Origin: Phoronis australis
Taxonomy: Eukaryota; Animalia; Phoronida
Direction of reading: 5' to 3'
Length of the DNA stretch: 64,000 nucleotides
NCBI GenBank assembly: GCA_002633005.1
Contig: NMRA01000616.1
Coordinates: forward strand, 175,378-239,377
Shown here: one piece after another, positions 13,801 through 28,800 of the stretch
Numbering within the stretch: the first letter of the stretch is position 1
Layout of the letters: each line of letters opens with the position of its first letter
Translations under genes and position numbers: made by a program
Notes under the pieces: model-generated
Database searches by the model: none
What the model saw: only the letters and a program-made list of their open reading frames with translations
What the model was told of the DNA's origin: nothing

Positions 13801-16800
13801 AACCGTCCTGAAAAGTGCAATTTAGTCTGTATTTTGCGTTCCAGGCCCATTTAAGTCGCTAAAATTATCAATAATTTTTATGAATTTAAATTTGATTATT
13901 GACTTCCTACTACTCTGCCTTTGATTGGATCACGTGACCACGTATTTAGGTGTGTACTACTACGTGCCTTTTGTTGCATATGTGTAAATAGTTTCAGGCA
14001 CTAGTTCCTGTACCCTCATATTTAATGTTTCCTAAACCTCTCTACTATCGTTACTATCTTTACAGGGTCAGGGAATACACATGTACCTACCTTGCATGAG
14101 AAACATTGCACAACTTCTTCCTGAAGGCCCGTAGTCAGGGGGGTTTGGGGGGGTTCGGTGCAACCCACCCCGCGGAAAAGTCCAGCCCCAGCATATCCGT
14201 CAAAGATATTTTTATATAAGGATATAGATGGGAAAAGACAACAAAATTGTTACAGCTACTAGTACTAGTAACTACAATGATAACTAAGTTAGTAATAATT
14301 ACGAAATTGCTTATGATTCAAAACGCTTCACGTGGCATTGGGCCGTACCCGGCCAACTTTGCCCGAGTGGTGTTCGTATAGACGACAGGATATCGTCAGA
14401 CGATAAGAAGAGGCTTGATCAGCATAGAACGAGCGTGGTAGCAACGCCAAAGAGTAAAACCGGAATCTGAAAGTGATTGTCTATACCTACTATAGGCATA
14501 GATGTCTAGCCCAATGACCTAAATATACTATATAGCAACGAGAGGGCTTCCAAAAAGTAGTGCAACGTGAATGCCTTGAAGAGGCATAGAACATGAAACT
14601 CGTGAAAAAATGTCTTATATACAATTCCTGACGAAAGTACCATCTTGCAACCTTTAGTACAGAATAATTCACTTTCCCCTGTGATGAAATTTCCAGCGAA
14701 AATCACAAAATTCACGACTTTTGAAATACGCAGGAAGGAAAACTCTGTGGTTACCACAGAGTATCTAATCTCACTCCCACTTATGATAAATGTGTGCATG
14801 CGCTCACAGTCAGTTGCTTTTAGTGGCTTGAGGCAGAAGGTCACATTTGTCTGTATATGTCTTGCCATACCAAATAAGGAGACTTGATTTGTTTTGTGGG
14901 AGAAAAATCGAGGAAGTGGCGAGCAGTTGGCAGGTCGTTTTTTGAATTTTCAAACTGAAAGAAAATGTTTTGATATTAACAGAACTTAAAAATCTTTACG
15001 AACAAACTCTAAAAATACCTGGTGAGCTGGTTGGATTCTGTTCCAGTGGCAGAGAACCGTTTTCAATATGGCAATTTAGTCTGTTCATCACGTTCCAGCC
15101 CTCTTTAAAATCGTCCAAGGAACAAAACAGCGGAAAATTGAGATTGGTTATTCTGCTACTTTGGTTCAATTTCTAGCAAAGTATGGTGAAGTGCAGGCAT
15201 TTTCAAATTATGAATTGAAAGTGATTGTCATATATGCAGTTTATGTTGTTCATCCAGTGTCCACTCTGATTGTGGATTGGTGGATTGACATGCATGCGTG
15301 TACACGTGTGAGCGTTTCCGTTCTTTTAAATTCACCACGGTGTACACGTTGACTGTAAGTTCACTATAGGCAGTTCTCTGTCGTGCTAAAAAACAGGCAT
15401 TCAGTTACCGTGTTTTCTTGCGCTGAGAAAACCCCGTCAAGCATTTTCACTTTATTAGGGAAAAGAAGGCCTAGAACTCAGCCCCGCAGACTTCATACGA
15501 GCAACAAACTTGAAGGAAAAGATTTCCAAGGTTACATGTCACTACATGTATACCGAAACTTCACATCTCTGAAGGCTCACTGTGTCTCTGAAGATTCGCT
15601 ACTTTCGAAAATTTACTACTTCGAATTTCAAAATCCAGTACTCCGACAGTTCATTACCCTGATTGTTTGCTCACAACTCATTCTCAAGCTTGGCGGGACA
15701 ACATCTGGGGCCTGGGTCCATGGGCGGTTGGGGGTGGGGGTATATACCTCCCTACTTATTTCGGCGCTGCGATGCCCATGGGCATGGGTGGCGCTCACCA
15801 TTATAAGGGGTTGGGGGCTATAGCCCCCACTTATTTCATTGCTGCGCCTCCCATGGGGTCAGAGCTGCGGCGACCAACGACAGTTTCAAATTTAAGAAGA
15901 CTGAATGGGACTCCTTGAATGGCAGGGACAGAGCGGCCTACTAACTACAATTAAATTCGACCGGCTGAGCGCGAGGCTCCTTGGGTGAGTTTAAGATGCA
16001 GCGGCCCTAAACTTTTAAGTCCCGCAGCAATGCGATCTTGACATGGATTTGATGAACGTATCGTGGTTGATAATCCATTAATTCAATATTATTATTTCAT
16101 ATTCTTTTAGAAATGCAAATGCATGCTCATTTTTTCGTGTCAAGACATGTGTGCAATTTCGCATGCACACTGAAAATAAATCTAGACAGGGACCACCAAC
16201 TCTAGTTGGACTGGCCTGCTAGACGGTGGTCACTGTCTATATGAAATCCAAACAAAATGTTTTAGTACCCGGGCGTGGTTTCAAATTTAGGTGCATCTAA
16301 CAACCGGAGTATCGTTTACTTTTGCATGTAAAAGTATAAAACATACACCTGCGTCTGAAAGTTTAGAAATTTTCGGAGCAATGAACCATTGGAATAGTGA
16401 ACCTTCGAAATAGCGGCCTGTTCCCATTTCCAGCGATGTAAGAAACTTTAGTAATGCGCAAAAACAAGTCATTCTCCGACTAAAGCTCATAGTTCCATCC
16501 TAGAATGACATGTGGAGAAATCAATCATGTAAGCATTCCTGATTTGAAATTTTGGCAGGAGATTCTCTTGTTGGACCACGTTACATTCAAATCTGTGTCC
16601 CTTTCCTTGCGAGCAACCGCTACAGCATCCTCACAAGTTGTAATACATCTCAGAAGCATGGAGAGTCAATGTCGTGTATACAGATTTCTCTTCCCTTAGT
16701 TAAGCTGCATCAAAGGCCTCACTAAAAACTCTATAGTGTCGACGTTTGCAAAACATTAAAGGTCCACCGTTCTAGAAATTCGAACCACGCCCGTTCAGTG

Positions 16801-19800
16801 TTGGCTACTGGCCTGGCCTGTACGTCAGTAGCTGGCTCATTTCTGTCAACATTATCGTCACTATATTTACATGTTCAAGCACCTAGCACGGGAGATGCAG
16901 GGGCAGGGAATACTCATGTACATATACCTGACTCGGCTGAGAAATACTGCACATCTCCTGCATGTACCTCAGTTGCTGGCTCCGTTTTGGACGCCATGGA
17001 TCCCACAGTAAACCCGTGCGACGACTTCTATCAGTACGCATGCGGAGGCTGGATCAAATCACATCCTATACCACCAGGACGGTCCCGTTGGGATTCGTTT
17101 GACGCCCTTCTGGAAAGAAATCATCTGGTTATAAAGAAGGCTCTAGGTGAGAGGTTGCATTTGTCTTAGTAAGCAAGGACTCGCCGTAATTTTTTGATGG
17201 ATACATTTCCACTGTAGTTTGTCGCCGTGTCAACTTAATTATACCAGTTCCACTGTCATTAATTTTTGGTTTTTATGTTGTCATGTAATCTAGTAAGCCA
17301 GAATATACTAGAGATGAATGGTTAAACTCATATAACGTTTAATAATAAGTTCACACATGAGCTAATCTAACAACAAAACTATCGGTTCTTTTAAGTGTGC
17401 TGTACAAATCACATGTCTTAAGGAAATACCACCGAGGTATTGTGTGCAAGTGATCACTGGAAGAATTTTGGTATTAGGCGCCAGAAATGAATTTTAATGT
17501 TTGTTTTGCTTTAAAGTTCGCACGCCACCGAAAAGCAGTTCTCTCGCCAAATGTTTTCGTTTTCTGGGCGGTGGGAAATCTCGCATGATACAACACAAAT
17601 TAAGTTCTCATTCTTTGGCTTTCCACAACCACTTTGAGGTGGTGATACAGTGACGTCATTTATAAATTTGTTGATCTACTAAAAGAAATCTGTAAACCTA
17701 TATACGGTGAACCCGTGTCTTGGCTGGTCATCTTTTCCGTATCGCAGTGGCCACACAGAAGGAGTCCAACAGCCGGATATCCTTTAAGGAATATTTTTGA
17801 ATACAGAAATTACGGATTTTTGAATGAATTAAGCTGTTTACTCGTCTTACTGAGTTTTGAACTTACAGAAAATGAGAAATGAATATTACACAAATGTATC
17901 CACGTGCCTTTACTGAACAAACTGTTGTCGGTGATCTCTAGACTGTCAGTCATTTTTGCTTTCACGCGAGAAGTCGTAATATTTCAATTGACTCATGGGT
18001 CGCATCGCTTGAAAATGACGAGGCTGGGCAGTCAATTTCCCGGTTTTTGCGACCATTTGTAAAAGCTTAATTCAAGACATGGCACAAGCGAGTGTAAGTA
18101 GATTGTAAAGCTTATTTGTGCACTCCATGAGTGGAACTCTGTCGGATTGTTTGTTTTGAACCCTATTTGTTGCTTGTCAGTTGTAGACCAGTTCATAGTC
18201 TGAGAAACGGCAAAAGAAGGTATAATTCTGTCTACACAGAAGGGCGAGCATTGTGACTCCAGTGGTCACAGTGCGAAACCGACAGACGAAAGAACCATAT
18301 TTCAAGTCGGAGTTTGGCAATGAAAATTTTGAAAATTCCGAAAAGGGTTCTCATCATTGAACACCAAGAGTGTACCAGAAAACCGGGCTACATCGCTTAA
18401 GAACACCATCACACCGGCATAATACGAGAGATGACGGACTGATATTTCGAGACAGTGTAACTTAAATATAAAGATTAGTTCAGGCTATTAGAAAGAAGGT
18501 TTCATTCCCAGAATAAGAAACTAATATTGCTGCATTTTCCAGGAAAGCCGTACGACACCTTTAAGAGTGAAGCAGAAAAGAAAGCTAAGAAACTGTACAC
18601 TTCGTGTATGGATGAAAGTGGAAAAGCGCAAAAACGCGGAACCCAGTCCATGCTGGATTTAATCCGGTGAGTGACACACACTGTGGCTTCAGCCAATGAC
18701 TTGATTGTCACAACTCGAGTTCGTGTTTTCCCAAATTCACTGTAGGACTTGTCTCTGGTTTTAATCATCTGCTAACACGTGAGATGACCTGGTGACATGA
18801 ACAATGCGACTGGAAATATCATTCTGTGCGTCAGAATTGAAAGCGCGCCTCCACTAAACAATTTGGTGCGGTTAAAACACCACAACTAGCTTACAAAAAC
18901 AAAAGGCCGAATATGTCAAAACGCAGATTTATAAGTACACTGAGCAAAGATTTTAGAGGCATGCGCCACCAGATCAGAGTTGAGGTGCCACACATTCCTT
19001 GGTGCTGGTCATATCTAGGGCTGTTGAATCATAGACAGGAAATTGGACTGAAAATTCCCCTCTGATCGTATTAGAAGCAAACCTATACTCTTACCTTGAC
19101 AACACCGAAAATACACCATCGGCCCAACCAAGGACTGACTGGATTTATAACCGTTGGGAAACTCACCTGACGGGAATCGAGGTCTGGACGGAGGCCGTTG
19201 TCGATTTATGCGAATAAGCGTCCAAAAACATAATTCTTCACAAAGTCAAAAATGAGAAAAGGTACAAAAAATAACAACTACTACTCGAAAATAAAATAAA
19301 ACAATGCGGCCTAATGATAAAATATGACCCCTTGTCTTGATATCCATGAATGGTGCATTTTTATGTTCTTTGTAGGAAACTAATGCATTATTTCGTATAA
19401 ACCCATTACGACATGCTTTTACGTTTGGTCGAAATTTTGTCCTACATTAGCAAAGTCTGTTCGCAAAGTGAAAAACGTTTTTAAATAAAATAGGACCGTG
19501 GTAATGTATTCATAGCATGTCAGTCATCATATTGTTTTAGAACTGAGTGATCTCCTACTCCGTTCGCTTTTTGTTCAACCCACGCAGACAGTGATTTGGG
19601 CAAAGAAAACAAGGGTGCCCACCGTGCTACGCTGAAATTGTCAATGTTCTTTTTTCACCAAAAAGCGACTGACCAAAAGCCCACTAAGCGTCAATATTTA
19701 GTCACAAATTCAGTTTCGTGGAGCATTTATCGTCTGTAAGAACAAAAGTGCTGGAGAACTATGCATTTATTAACATAAAATTTAAAAACTAGTTTTAAGT

Positions 19801-22800
19801 AAAAAATGTGAAAGTCACGAGGAAACCCATGACTTTCCATTTGCACGCCCCCTTTACCGAATAAACGCCCAGGCGTTTATTTGGAGTTGTTTAATCGACT
19901 GAAATTTTCCGAACACACGCCCATGGGCTTATCTACAGAAATTGTCGGTACTAGTCTTCTATACTCAAAACAACTTCAAAGAACTACTAAATATCATTTT
20001 TGACAATCACTCTCAATTTAGTCTACGTCATTGCTATCGAACCTAGCCCACCCAATTTTTATTTTGTGAAGGTACAAAGGAATAAACCCTGGCTTTTGTC
20101 CAAAAATTAGGCTTCGTATGCGTTAATAGTCTGCTTCGCGAAATTCTGTCTACAACTCCAAATCAGACGACAGATATCCGTCGTCTGCTGAAATGGACCA
20201 AAGACAAAACTTTTCGGGAAACGCAAAAGACAAAAAAATCAACTGTTGGCTATTCATAGTCAAATTCATGGCGTCCGGCTGGAGTCAAAAGACAAAAGCC
20301 ATGTGGCTTTTCGAAAAACAGACTCCTGGTGTCACCAGATGTTTCCAAGCCCCACAATGCATTTGAAAAACGAGTGCAGCGCCATAGGTGAAATCCCCAG
20401 AATTAAGTTATCTTCTTTTGCGGGGCTGGAAACGTGACACATGTTTACGGTATTTTGGGATATGGGTAAAAGCGCTTGGGTCGGTGAAGTTCGCTATTAC
20501 CTTTTGTAAATCCGTTTCACGATTGCTGTTTTTATGCAAGGTTGACATGTTGTTAAGCCGGAAAATGTTCTGTTTACTTCATTTAGTCCATCTAATGGTT
20601 GTGGAGTTTTCGAGGTAAAATTTGATCGGATCTCGGCCCTTCGATCCACGTGTCTGAGTTTGGTATTTCTATCTATCATTTGCTTTTAAATAATGTATCA
20701 TATTGAGCACTATAGTCAATTTGTTGAACTTCCAAGCCTTCATTGGAGGTCTTCCTGTGAATCTTTGAGTAATTTTGCTTTTAGATCTCTTGGCGGATGG
20801 AACATAAACTCGTATTCTGGCAAATGGAATACTTCGACGTTTGACCTCAACTTACTTTTGCACCAAGTGACGCGATACTCAATATTTCCATTTTTCGGTT
20901 TGACGATTTTCCAAGAATCGACAACAAACGAAATTGGGGTAAGGTTTTGTTCTTACGTCTACGCCCCTTTTGGTACATGATTTTCCTGATGATCAGTCAT
21001 GACAGTCGGTTTTACAATACTTTAGCAGTCTTAGAAATTCGTACATACAGTAACCAAATCAAAACCCGATTTTTTGCGAATCTGGCAAGTTTGACCCCAG
21101 GTCTTGCCGTAAAGATAGTAATTTATATGTCGTGCAATTTTCAGGTAAGGCCGGCAACTTTCAAGTTGAGAAAGAGCTGGTACACCACAAGTGAAACTAT
21201 CGAAGAAAATGAGGTAAATCAATTTGTATCATGTTCTCAAGTCCACTTCTCTGGTAACAATTGACAACCTTTGTTTAAATTTAATACAAAAAAATAAATG
21301 TGTCACTCTTGGTCATTCGCAAGACTGGTTACCTTCAGGAAAGTGCATCTTTCTAAACCAGTCGCTCAAATCGCTCATCGGTCGTTTGATTCAATTCCAG
21401 CACCTTCGTTCACTCCTGAATTATATGACCAGAATCGGTGAACTTCTTGGAGCACCGCCATCAAGAAACAATGAGCAATTCTTGAAACTTATAGAATTTG
21501 AAATGAAGCTGGCTAAAGTAAGTACCTGTTTGATAATGATTCCATTTAAAAACCCTGCCACAACAAATTTGTTATCAGAAAGTCCGACACCGTCTTGATA
21601 TCTTGGTGAAAGCGAGTGAGGACGGGTAGCATGGGAAATTTTAGCCAAAACAAGACACGAACCGGACGATGCTTTTACTCAGATAGTGCAGCGCGTAGGT
21701 GGTCCTGAGTCATTTACTCCTGTTTTCCAAATTCTATTGAAATCTACATCGGTATGACGTGGCCCTATGTTGGCTCCCACTCGTGTTCGTACTTAGAAGT
21801 ACCTTGGCCTTGTCGTCCAAAACACCTCTGGTGGTTTTGTTGCCTCAAATTCGTTTGCAACTATTTGGGTATGTTCATAGCCTCAAATATCACTTTGGGG
21901 GTGTTTCACATCTCCCAATGTTCAAAGACTGTTGCCACAAGGATTGCACAATGCAGTCTGTGGCATTCTTCATAACTTGATGTTAAAATTTAAGTTCACT
22001 GATATAAAACACCTCTGATGGCATTCGTGACATTTCGAGTACTTTTGTACTCTCAAATTATAAGTCGGAAGTGCTTCATGTCTGCGAAATAATGAGCCAA
22101 CAGCAAATATTGTGTCTACCAAAACAAAGAATGCCGTCGAAAGCGGATTTCCCCGTGAAGCCATGCTTAAACAAGCCAGAGTGAACAGTGCTTCAGGAGG
22201 CAGACTTGAAAGTGACCGTCACCCACAACGTGTGAGACCTGCAAGGGTGAAGCCAAGATTTTTACCGTGTCTCTTTGCACATTCGCAGACATAAAACATC
22301 ACTCAAAGGTATCTTGAGGGTACGAAAATTCCCGAGATGCCCCAAATACCCTCGCACGTGCTTCGTATTTGTACAAATGCAAGCTTCAGTTAGAACAGAA
22401 ACTCATGCGATTGGCAAAATGGAACATGGCGTTGAATGTCTGTTGCAATATTTATGTAATAACAAACCACGTTATGAGTATGACGTCTCGCACGTCTTTT
22501 GTGACGAGGTAATATCCATGATTTTTAATGTCTGTTGACGAAATTCCTTTACTGTTACAATTCCGTGATATAATTTGCAGGCTTCGAATAAAAATGAGGT
22601 GTTACGGAAGCCTTGATGTGACTGGCACCACACGGCGGAAAACGAAACTCTAGTGGGGTTCTTCATCTATGAACAACCCCTCGGTACTAAAATTTCTGCG
22701 TGACTTGTACCTTGCCGTTACCAGATCCACATCTAATAAAATACCACCCAGCGTTCTATCTCCAACTTCAAACTTAAATTTTTCAAAAGCAGAAATGGCC

Positions 22801-25800
22801 GACCAATTCCAAGTTGATCCTCTGAACAACTTGTATCGTGATATACCAAATCACAGATTAGTGAGAAATTAGTACGTTCATTTCAGAAAATGTCATTTTG
22901 GTGACGTCTGGTCTGTTTAATTGTTTAGCAAAAAAGTCTCAGAATGGCGTTGTCAAAAACTCCTGAGAACCGCTAGAGACGTCAAGGCTTGAATTTGAGG
23001 TGGGACAGTGGGATTTATTGAAACTGTCTTTGAATTTTAAATGTTCTCGCCGTCTGACATCTTGTGACTTGTCATGTCGCTGAAAAGCTTGAGAGCATTT
23101 GGAGACCACAATGAATGGTGGCGAACTTGATGTTTGACATATGAGACGTAGAAATTAGTGTGTCTCTGGCTCTGTTTCCAGAGGTCAAAATGAACCTGGT
23201 GGTTGGCAAGAATGTATCATAGTGATTTATTATGACTGAGAGCAAAGTAAAATAGACAATATCTGATGGAAGGATTTGGGAGTAAAAAGCTCCAAAAAAC
23301 AAGACAATTATTGCATGGGGTTGGATGGATTTTTGAAATTGCAAGAGAGACTCGGCATAAGACAGTGAAGAATGATGTGCATTTGTGCTAGTACAATACA
23401 AGAAAGTACCTTTGATTTAGGTGAGTCTAAGCGACGAATATGCGTGCTATCCGTGGGGTTTTACGCAATCAAGTGGCTACGAAAAAATGACCATTAAAGA
23501 ATTGTCTGCTAAGGCCCCAGCGGTAAGTATATAAATGTTCGTATGTCTGACAATTCATCATCGTTCACTCCTAGATAAAAACTACTAAATCTCATTAAAG
23601 GCAGTTCTAACCACCAATTAAATGCTCCTTATTTATTCTACCAGATTTGCCTGAGAATACTATACAGTGTATCATGCCATCAAAAGGTGTTCAGAATGAA
23701 TAGAAAGCCCTTGGTTCCCATCTCTCCCAGACTCACGTGCTCATTACTTGTTTGCCTTACCCGGCGAAACAGTGTGAAAAGACTGCCAATTTTAGACCTA
23801 GCTACTTGTTTGTACAAAAGTTTTGTAATTTCTCGTGTCTATCTAGCACCGGTGTTTGTCTAAAATTGGATTCTTATACTTCTCCCCAACTTTAAAGATT
23901 GACTGGCTGGACTATTTCAAATTGGCGCTGCCTGGCTACAGTATCAGTGCATATACCGTTATCGTTGTTATTGCTCCGCCTTACTTCTGTGGAATGAATC
24001 GCCTTCTAACAAATACCATGAAAACTGAAGAAGGAATCAAGTAAGTCACAAGAAAATTTTTTTTGATACTTCCTGGAATACATTTTTAACTGTTTCTTTG
24101 TTTTAAAGCGAAAAAGTGTGAATATTTCATTTGTTATGATTAGTTCTCCGGTCAGAGTTGACGTGTGTACAAACTAAGCAATATTATTTAAATTTAGAAA
24201 AACTACGTTACTTAATCTTACATTATATGTTATTTTTTGTGAAGACTGCAATATTCGCCGACTTTGCACCCACCTTGTGTTTACGCCGCTGCTTTTTGGA
24301 ATACACTTTTTAAACAGGGTCTGAGTTTTAAAGCAAAAAATTGTAGACAATTCACTGGTAATGGTTCTTCGGTCAGATTTGATAAGCAAGAAAATATAGT
24401 AACACAACCTTACTTACGCTTACTTCGTATGTTATTTTTTGTGAACACTGCAAATTCGCCGACTTTGCACCCATTTTGTGTTTACACAGCACAGCTGAAC
24501 CTTGAAGAAGACAATGGATTAGTACTAAGGACACTAACTTAGCTTAGACAAATCTTAAATTTCAGGCAGTTTTAAGAAAAAAGGTTAAATGTGTCTTAAG
24601 TCTGTTTCAAGAATGATACCTTAAGTTTTAATTAAATTTTGCCTTAACTATGACTAACTTACCGGGTGTGGAAGTTTCAAAGTTCGGAAATTGAGACAAA
24701 TCTTAGACTGAAGTCGAAACTGAACTTAAACCAGTTTCTTGGAACGGGGCCAAGACCTTGAATAACAGGCAGCGTCGGCAAAGTGATACGTAAAACTAAC
24801 CTCAAAGAATAAAATATTAAGCAAAGCGCAAACACGGCACCCAAAATCTACTCCTTAATTCTTCTCGGTGTGCTTACAGACTTTGCCAAGGGAGAATATA
24901 ATTCCATGTCTGGGCCCCTAAATTACCGTACATCTAGAATACTATACATGTAAAAGCCAGTCTCAAACCAGTAGACACCAAACCCGCTGTACAATATATC
25001 TCAAGTTCGCGCCCCTGAATTCCACGCACGATTAGACAATGGCCCAGACACGGAGAACATAAGTCGTATCTGGGCGAGTAAATTGATCACTGAGATTGCT
25101 ATTGTGTCATCGGATATGGAGTATTTTCCGTGTGTGTGTGTGAAGCGGGCGCAGAGTTAGGAACACTTTTCGCCCGATTCATGTTTAGTTTGTTCCAGCA
25201 CAAGCGTGACACTGTGCACTACTTAGGGATCCAACTCAGACTGTTCTGATTAAGTGGAACTCATTTTCACGCCATGCTGACGACTTCTGACTATAGAGTG
25301 CAAACACGAACACCAAGTATAAAATGATTATTTCAAGTTCAATTAAGTATAAAGAGTTCGAGTAATTGGCTCCATCCTGACTGGAAAAGGGCACCAACCC
25401 CACAACTAATGCTTCACAGGTACAATTGGGTACCAATAAACAAAAAAGCATGCCAAAATAACATGATTCACTTTGTTCACGTAATTCACTCGGTCTTTTG
25501 TATTCATTAAAGTATCCATCCCACATGAAGCCGCAAAATAACGTGTACAAAACATCTGAAGGTTCTTTTTTGTCATTTCAGCACGCTTCGTAACTACATG
25601 ATATGGAAGCTAGTGGAAAGTTTGGTGCCGGCATTGCCGTTGCAGTTCAGAGACGCTGAGAAGGAACTCACGAATCACATTTATGGCAAGTATGAAATCA
25701 AGAGGGTTCTGTAACATACAGCCTCCACCTTATTCTGAATGATCTCTCAGTCAGTCCAACGTGGTACCAGCAAACAACCAAACATTGATTCCTCGGAGAT

Positions 25801-28800
25801 TTTTTATAGTGAACGCAGTAAATCGACCACCTTCTGTGACTGGGTCTTGGCACTTTTAACAGTCTGTTACACGAGGTGTATAAAACCTTACAATAGGAAC
25901 AGTATACTGGGCGAAAGAAGCAAGAATGCACCTAATCAGCAATTTTTCACCTAAAATTGCCACCTACAAGTGCTTACTACGAATTTAGATGCAATGCATT
26001 CAGATTGCCTAAACTCACCAGACTACCAATTCAGGTGAAAAGTGTGGTTCGACTAGCCAGCCTTTTTACAGATGCAAAGTGTCTAAACGATTCTTGAATT
26101 TCCTGTTCAACTTCAACTTCCCGTCTGCAAGCAGTGCAAGTTATGAAAAGACACGACTCACAAAAAGTGGGTCAAGGAGCAAGCAAATAATAATCTTTCA
26201 TTTAGAACAGACTCAAAATCAATCAACTGCCATGATTTGTTGTCTTTGGATGCAGCACAAAACTTAAAATGGCCGTTCAATCCAGCAGGCGCCAATTTTT
26301 AACGACACTGGGGCAAAAATTCAATCGTACCACCTTAATGTAATGTTTATATGGCAATAACGGTGTATTTTAATGGTTTTTATGGAGGTAAAGATCAAAA
26401 GGTATAAAAGTTACGCCGATAAAACCTTGCCTACTTTTACCAAATACCAAAATCTGAGTGGTACCGATTTGAAATCAAGAGAGTTCTGAGTGACCTCTCA
26501 GTCAGTCCAACGTGGTACTAGCAAATCAACCAAATATTTGTTCCTCGGAAAATTTCAATAGCAAGCTCATCAAGTCGGTCATCTATATCATGCCCATGCA
26601 GTTCTTTAACGGAAATGATTAAAATCTATAGTGTACGTTTCAGTATCGTCTGTTGTAGGCAGTGTCAGAATAGACTTATGCTGATGGTGCGGTACATGTG
26701 ACGTACAGTCATTGGAAAGTAGAAGATGGTTGTAAAACTCTTGCCACTATAGAATTAATGTCTTTTCAAATCATGGACAGTGTACTTTATGGCCGAAGAA
26801 CATACCTTTAAATTTTCAACCTAACAGGTATTCAGGGAGAAGGGTCGCGATGGACATGGTGTATCTCTATAACTGATGCCGCCATGGGGTTCCCACTGGC
26901 AACTATGTTTGTTAAAGAAGCGTTCTCTAAAGACGATAAGGATAAGGTTGGTTGATGAAGACTTTGGTCGAACGATGCATCAGGACTAGGTTGCATACAA
27001 CTTATAACTTATCTACTCAAAACAAGTTTCCGTTGCATGACGTTATGTACACTGTGCAACGTTACATTTCAGAATGCGATGTCCGTGTTACTATCCAGTG
27101 TACATGTATAACTGATGCGTTTACAGGTTTACTAAAATTAATTAAATTGATAGTGAATGCGGAGAGTCGAAGCTCATACTGTGCCTTTTAAAACCAAAAA
27201 CACCAAAAATGTCCTCCACCTTGTCATAGCAAGTGTAAAAAATGTAAGACTCATTCACTCGCGATCATGCATGTTATTTTAAGATTTTACAAGAACCACT
27301 GTTGGTTTTACTATACTGTTATAGAATAAATGATTTGTGTTAACCGTTTTGTGTTGGAGAGCTCAGTGACCATTCCCTTCCTAAATGCTTGGAGAAATCA
27401 TTTTCATTAATTTGTTCTTTTCCTCCGCAGGCGGAGAAAATGATGAACGAAGTGAAAGCGGCATTTAAGGAAAATGTTTCAAGACTCTCGTGGTTAAACT
27501 GGTTGACACAGGAGGCAATCAAAGATAAGGTGTGTGTCAATGAAGTGAAATATCACAAGTGTATCGAGGATGCAACATCTCTTTGTAATTGCTTTAAAGA
27601 GATTGAGCATTGCCTCCATAAGCAACACGACTCATTACGCTGACACGTAGTTAATAATTTTACTCATGAAATTGAAATGTCTATGGCGACAGTTCTTCGC
27701 GGTGACAGAATGTCTTTTTAAAACCGATTTTAGGTGACGATGTACGTATTTAAAACAAGCCTAAAATGTTTTGGTCTGTTTATACCAATTTCTGTTTACA
27801 CTGGCATGACGTTTTAGTCGGTTATTCCTTCGACCATCTTCGGGTGTTACAGCGTGCACACGTATCTGGTACATTTTTTACAGAGGTCCCCCATGGAAAG
27901 CAGTGTAAACTGACGGGGCTACCCTCATTGTAAATATTACACTTATAAATAAATAAATAAATAAATAAATAAAATTCATGGTGAGAGCTTTACATTCCAT
28001 TTCCGAGAAACAGTTGCGACGAAGTTGTGACGGTTTCCTTGAAGCTACTAGTTTTTATTGTTTAGAGTCAGGTCAATCCAAGAGGCGATATCAAATTTAA
28101 GCTGTGTGAAAAGTTGCCTTCACTGATTAAGACTTTTTGCCTGATTGATACAAGGAGTCACTCTTAATTACTTTGCTAGCCATGATAACACCATTGAAAA
28201 CCGAGTCTGTATTTGAGACCTCCCAATTTGTATCGTACCTAGTGCTTAACACTCCATACTCTATCTCGATGTGAAAAATATGTGTTTTCATGGTCATCAA
28301 AGCGTGGGCAATTTCTGCCACCTACCGATATCAATGGCAGTTAAACGGAGTCCAGACTGGTAACAGCGATGAAATTGGCGTAAAAACACAAAAGAACACC
28401 TTGGCATTACAGTGTTTTTAATCTACATCAAATGACAGATCCTTTCCTTACCAAAGACATGTTTATGTATATTTTTCAGGTAAATAGAGTCATGGATAGA
28501 ATCGGGTTCCCTGCCTGGATCAACAGTGCTGAAGCTCTTGACGAAAAATACAAGGGGGTAAGATAGTGTAATTATCACCCTACAGTGAGTCGTGCAACAT
28601 TTGAAGAGTTCACAAAAATGTATTTTCTTAGGTTTCAGCTAGATAATATGAAACGCATTCCATAAATCTAACTAAAGAAGCACTTTTTATGTCAACTAGT
28701 CGCGATTTTTAAAATTTCGTGGAAAAATTAGTCATTTCCATTTTCCCGCCAAATTATGTAATGGGTGGAGGACATTTGGTCACTTGATAATCAATTGCAA

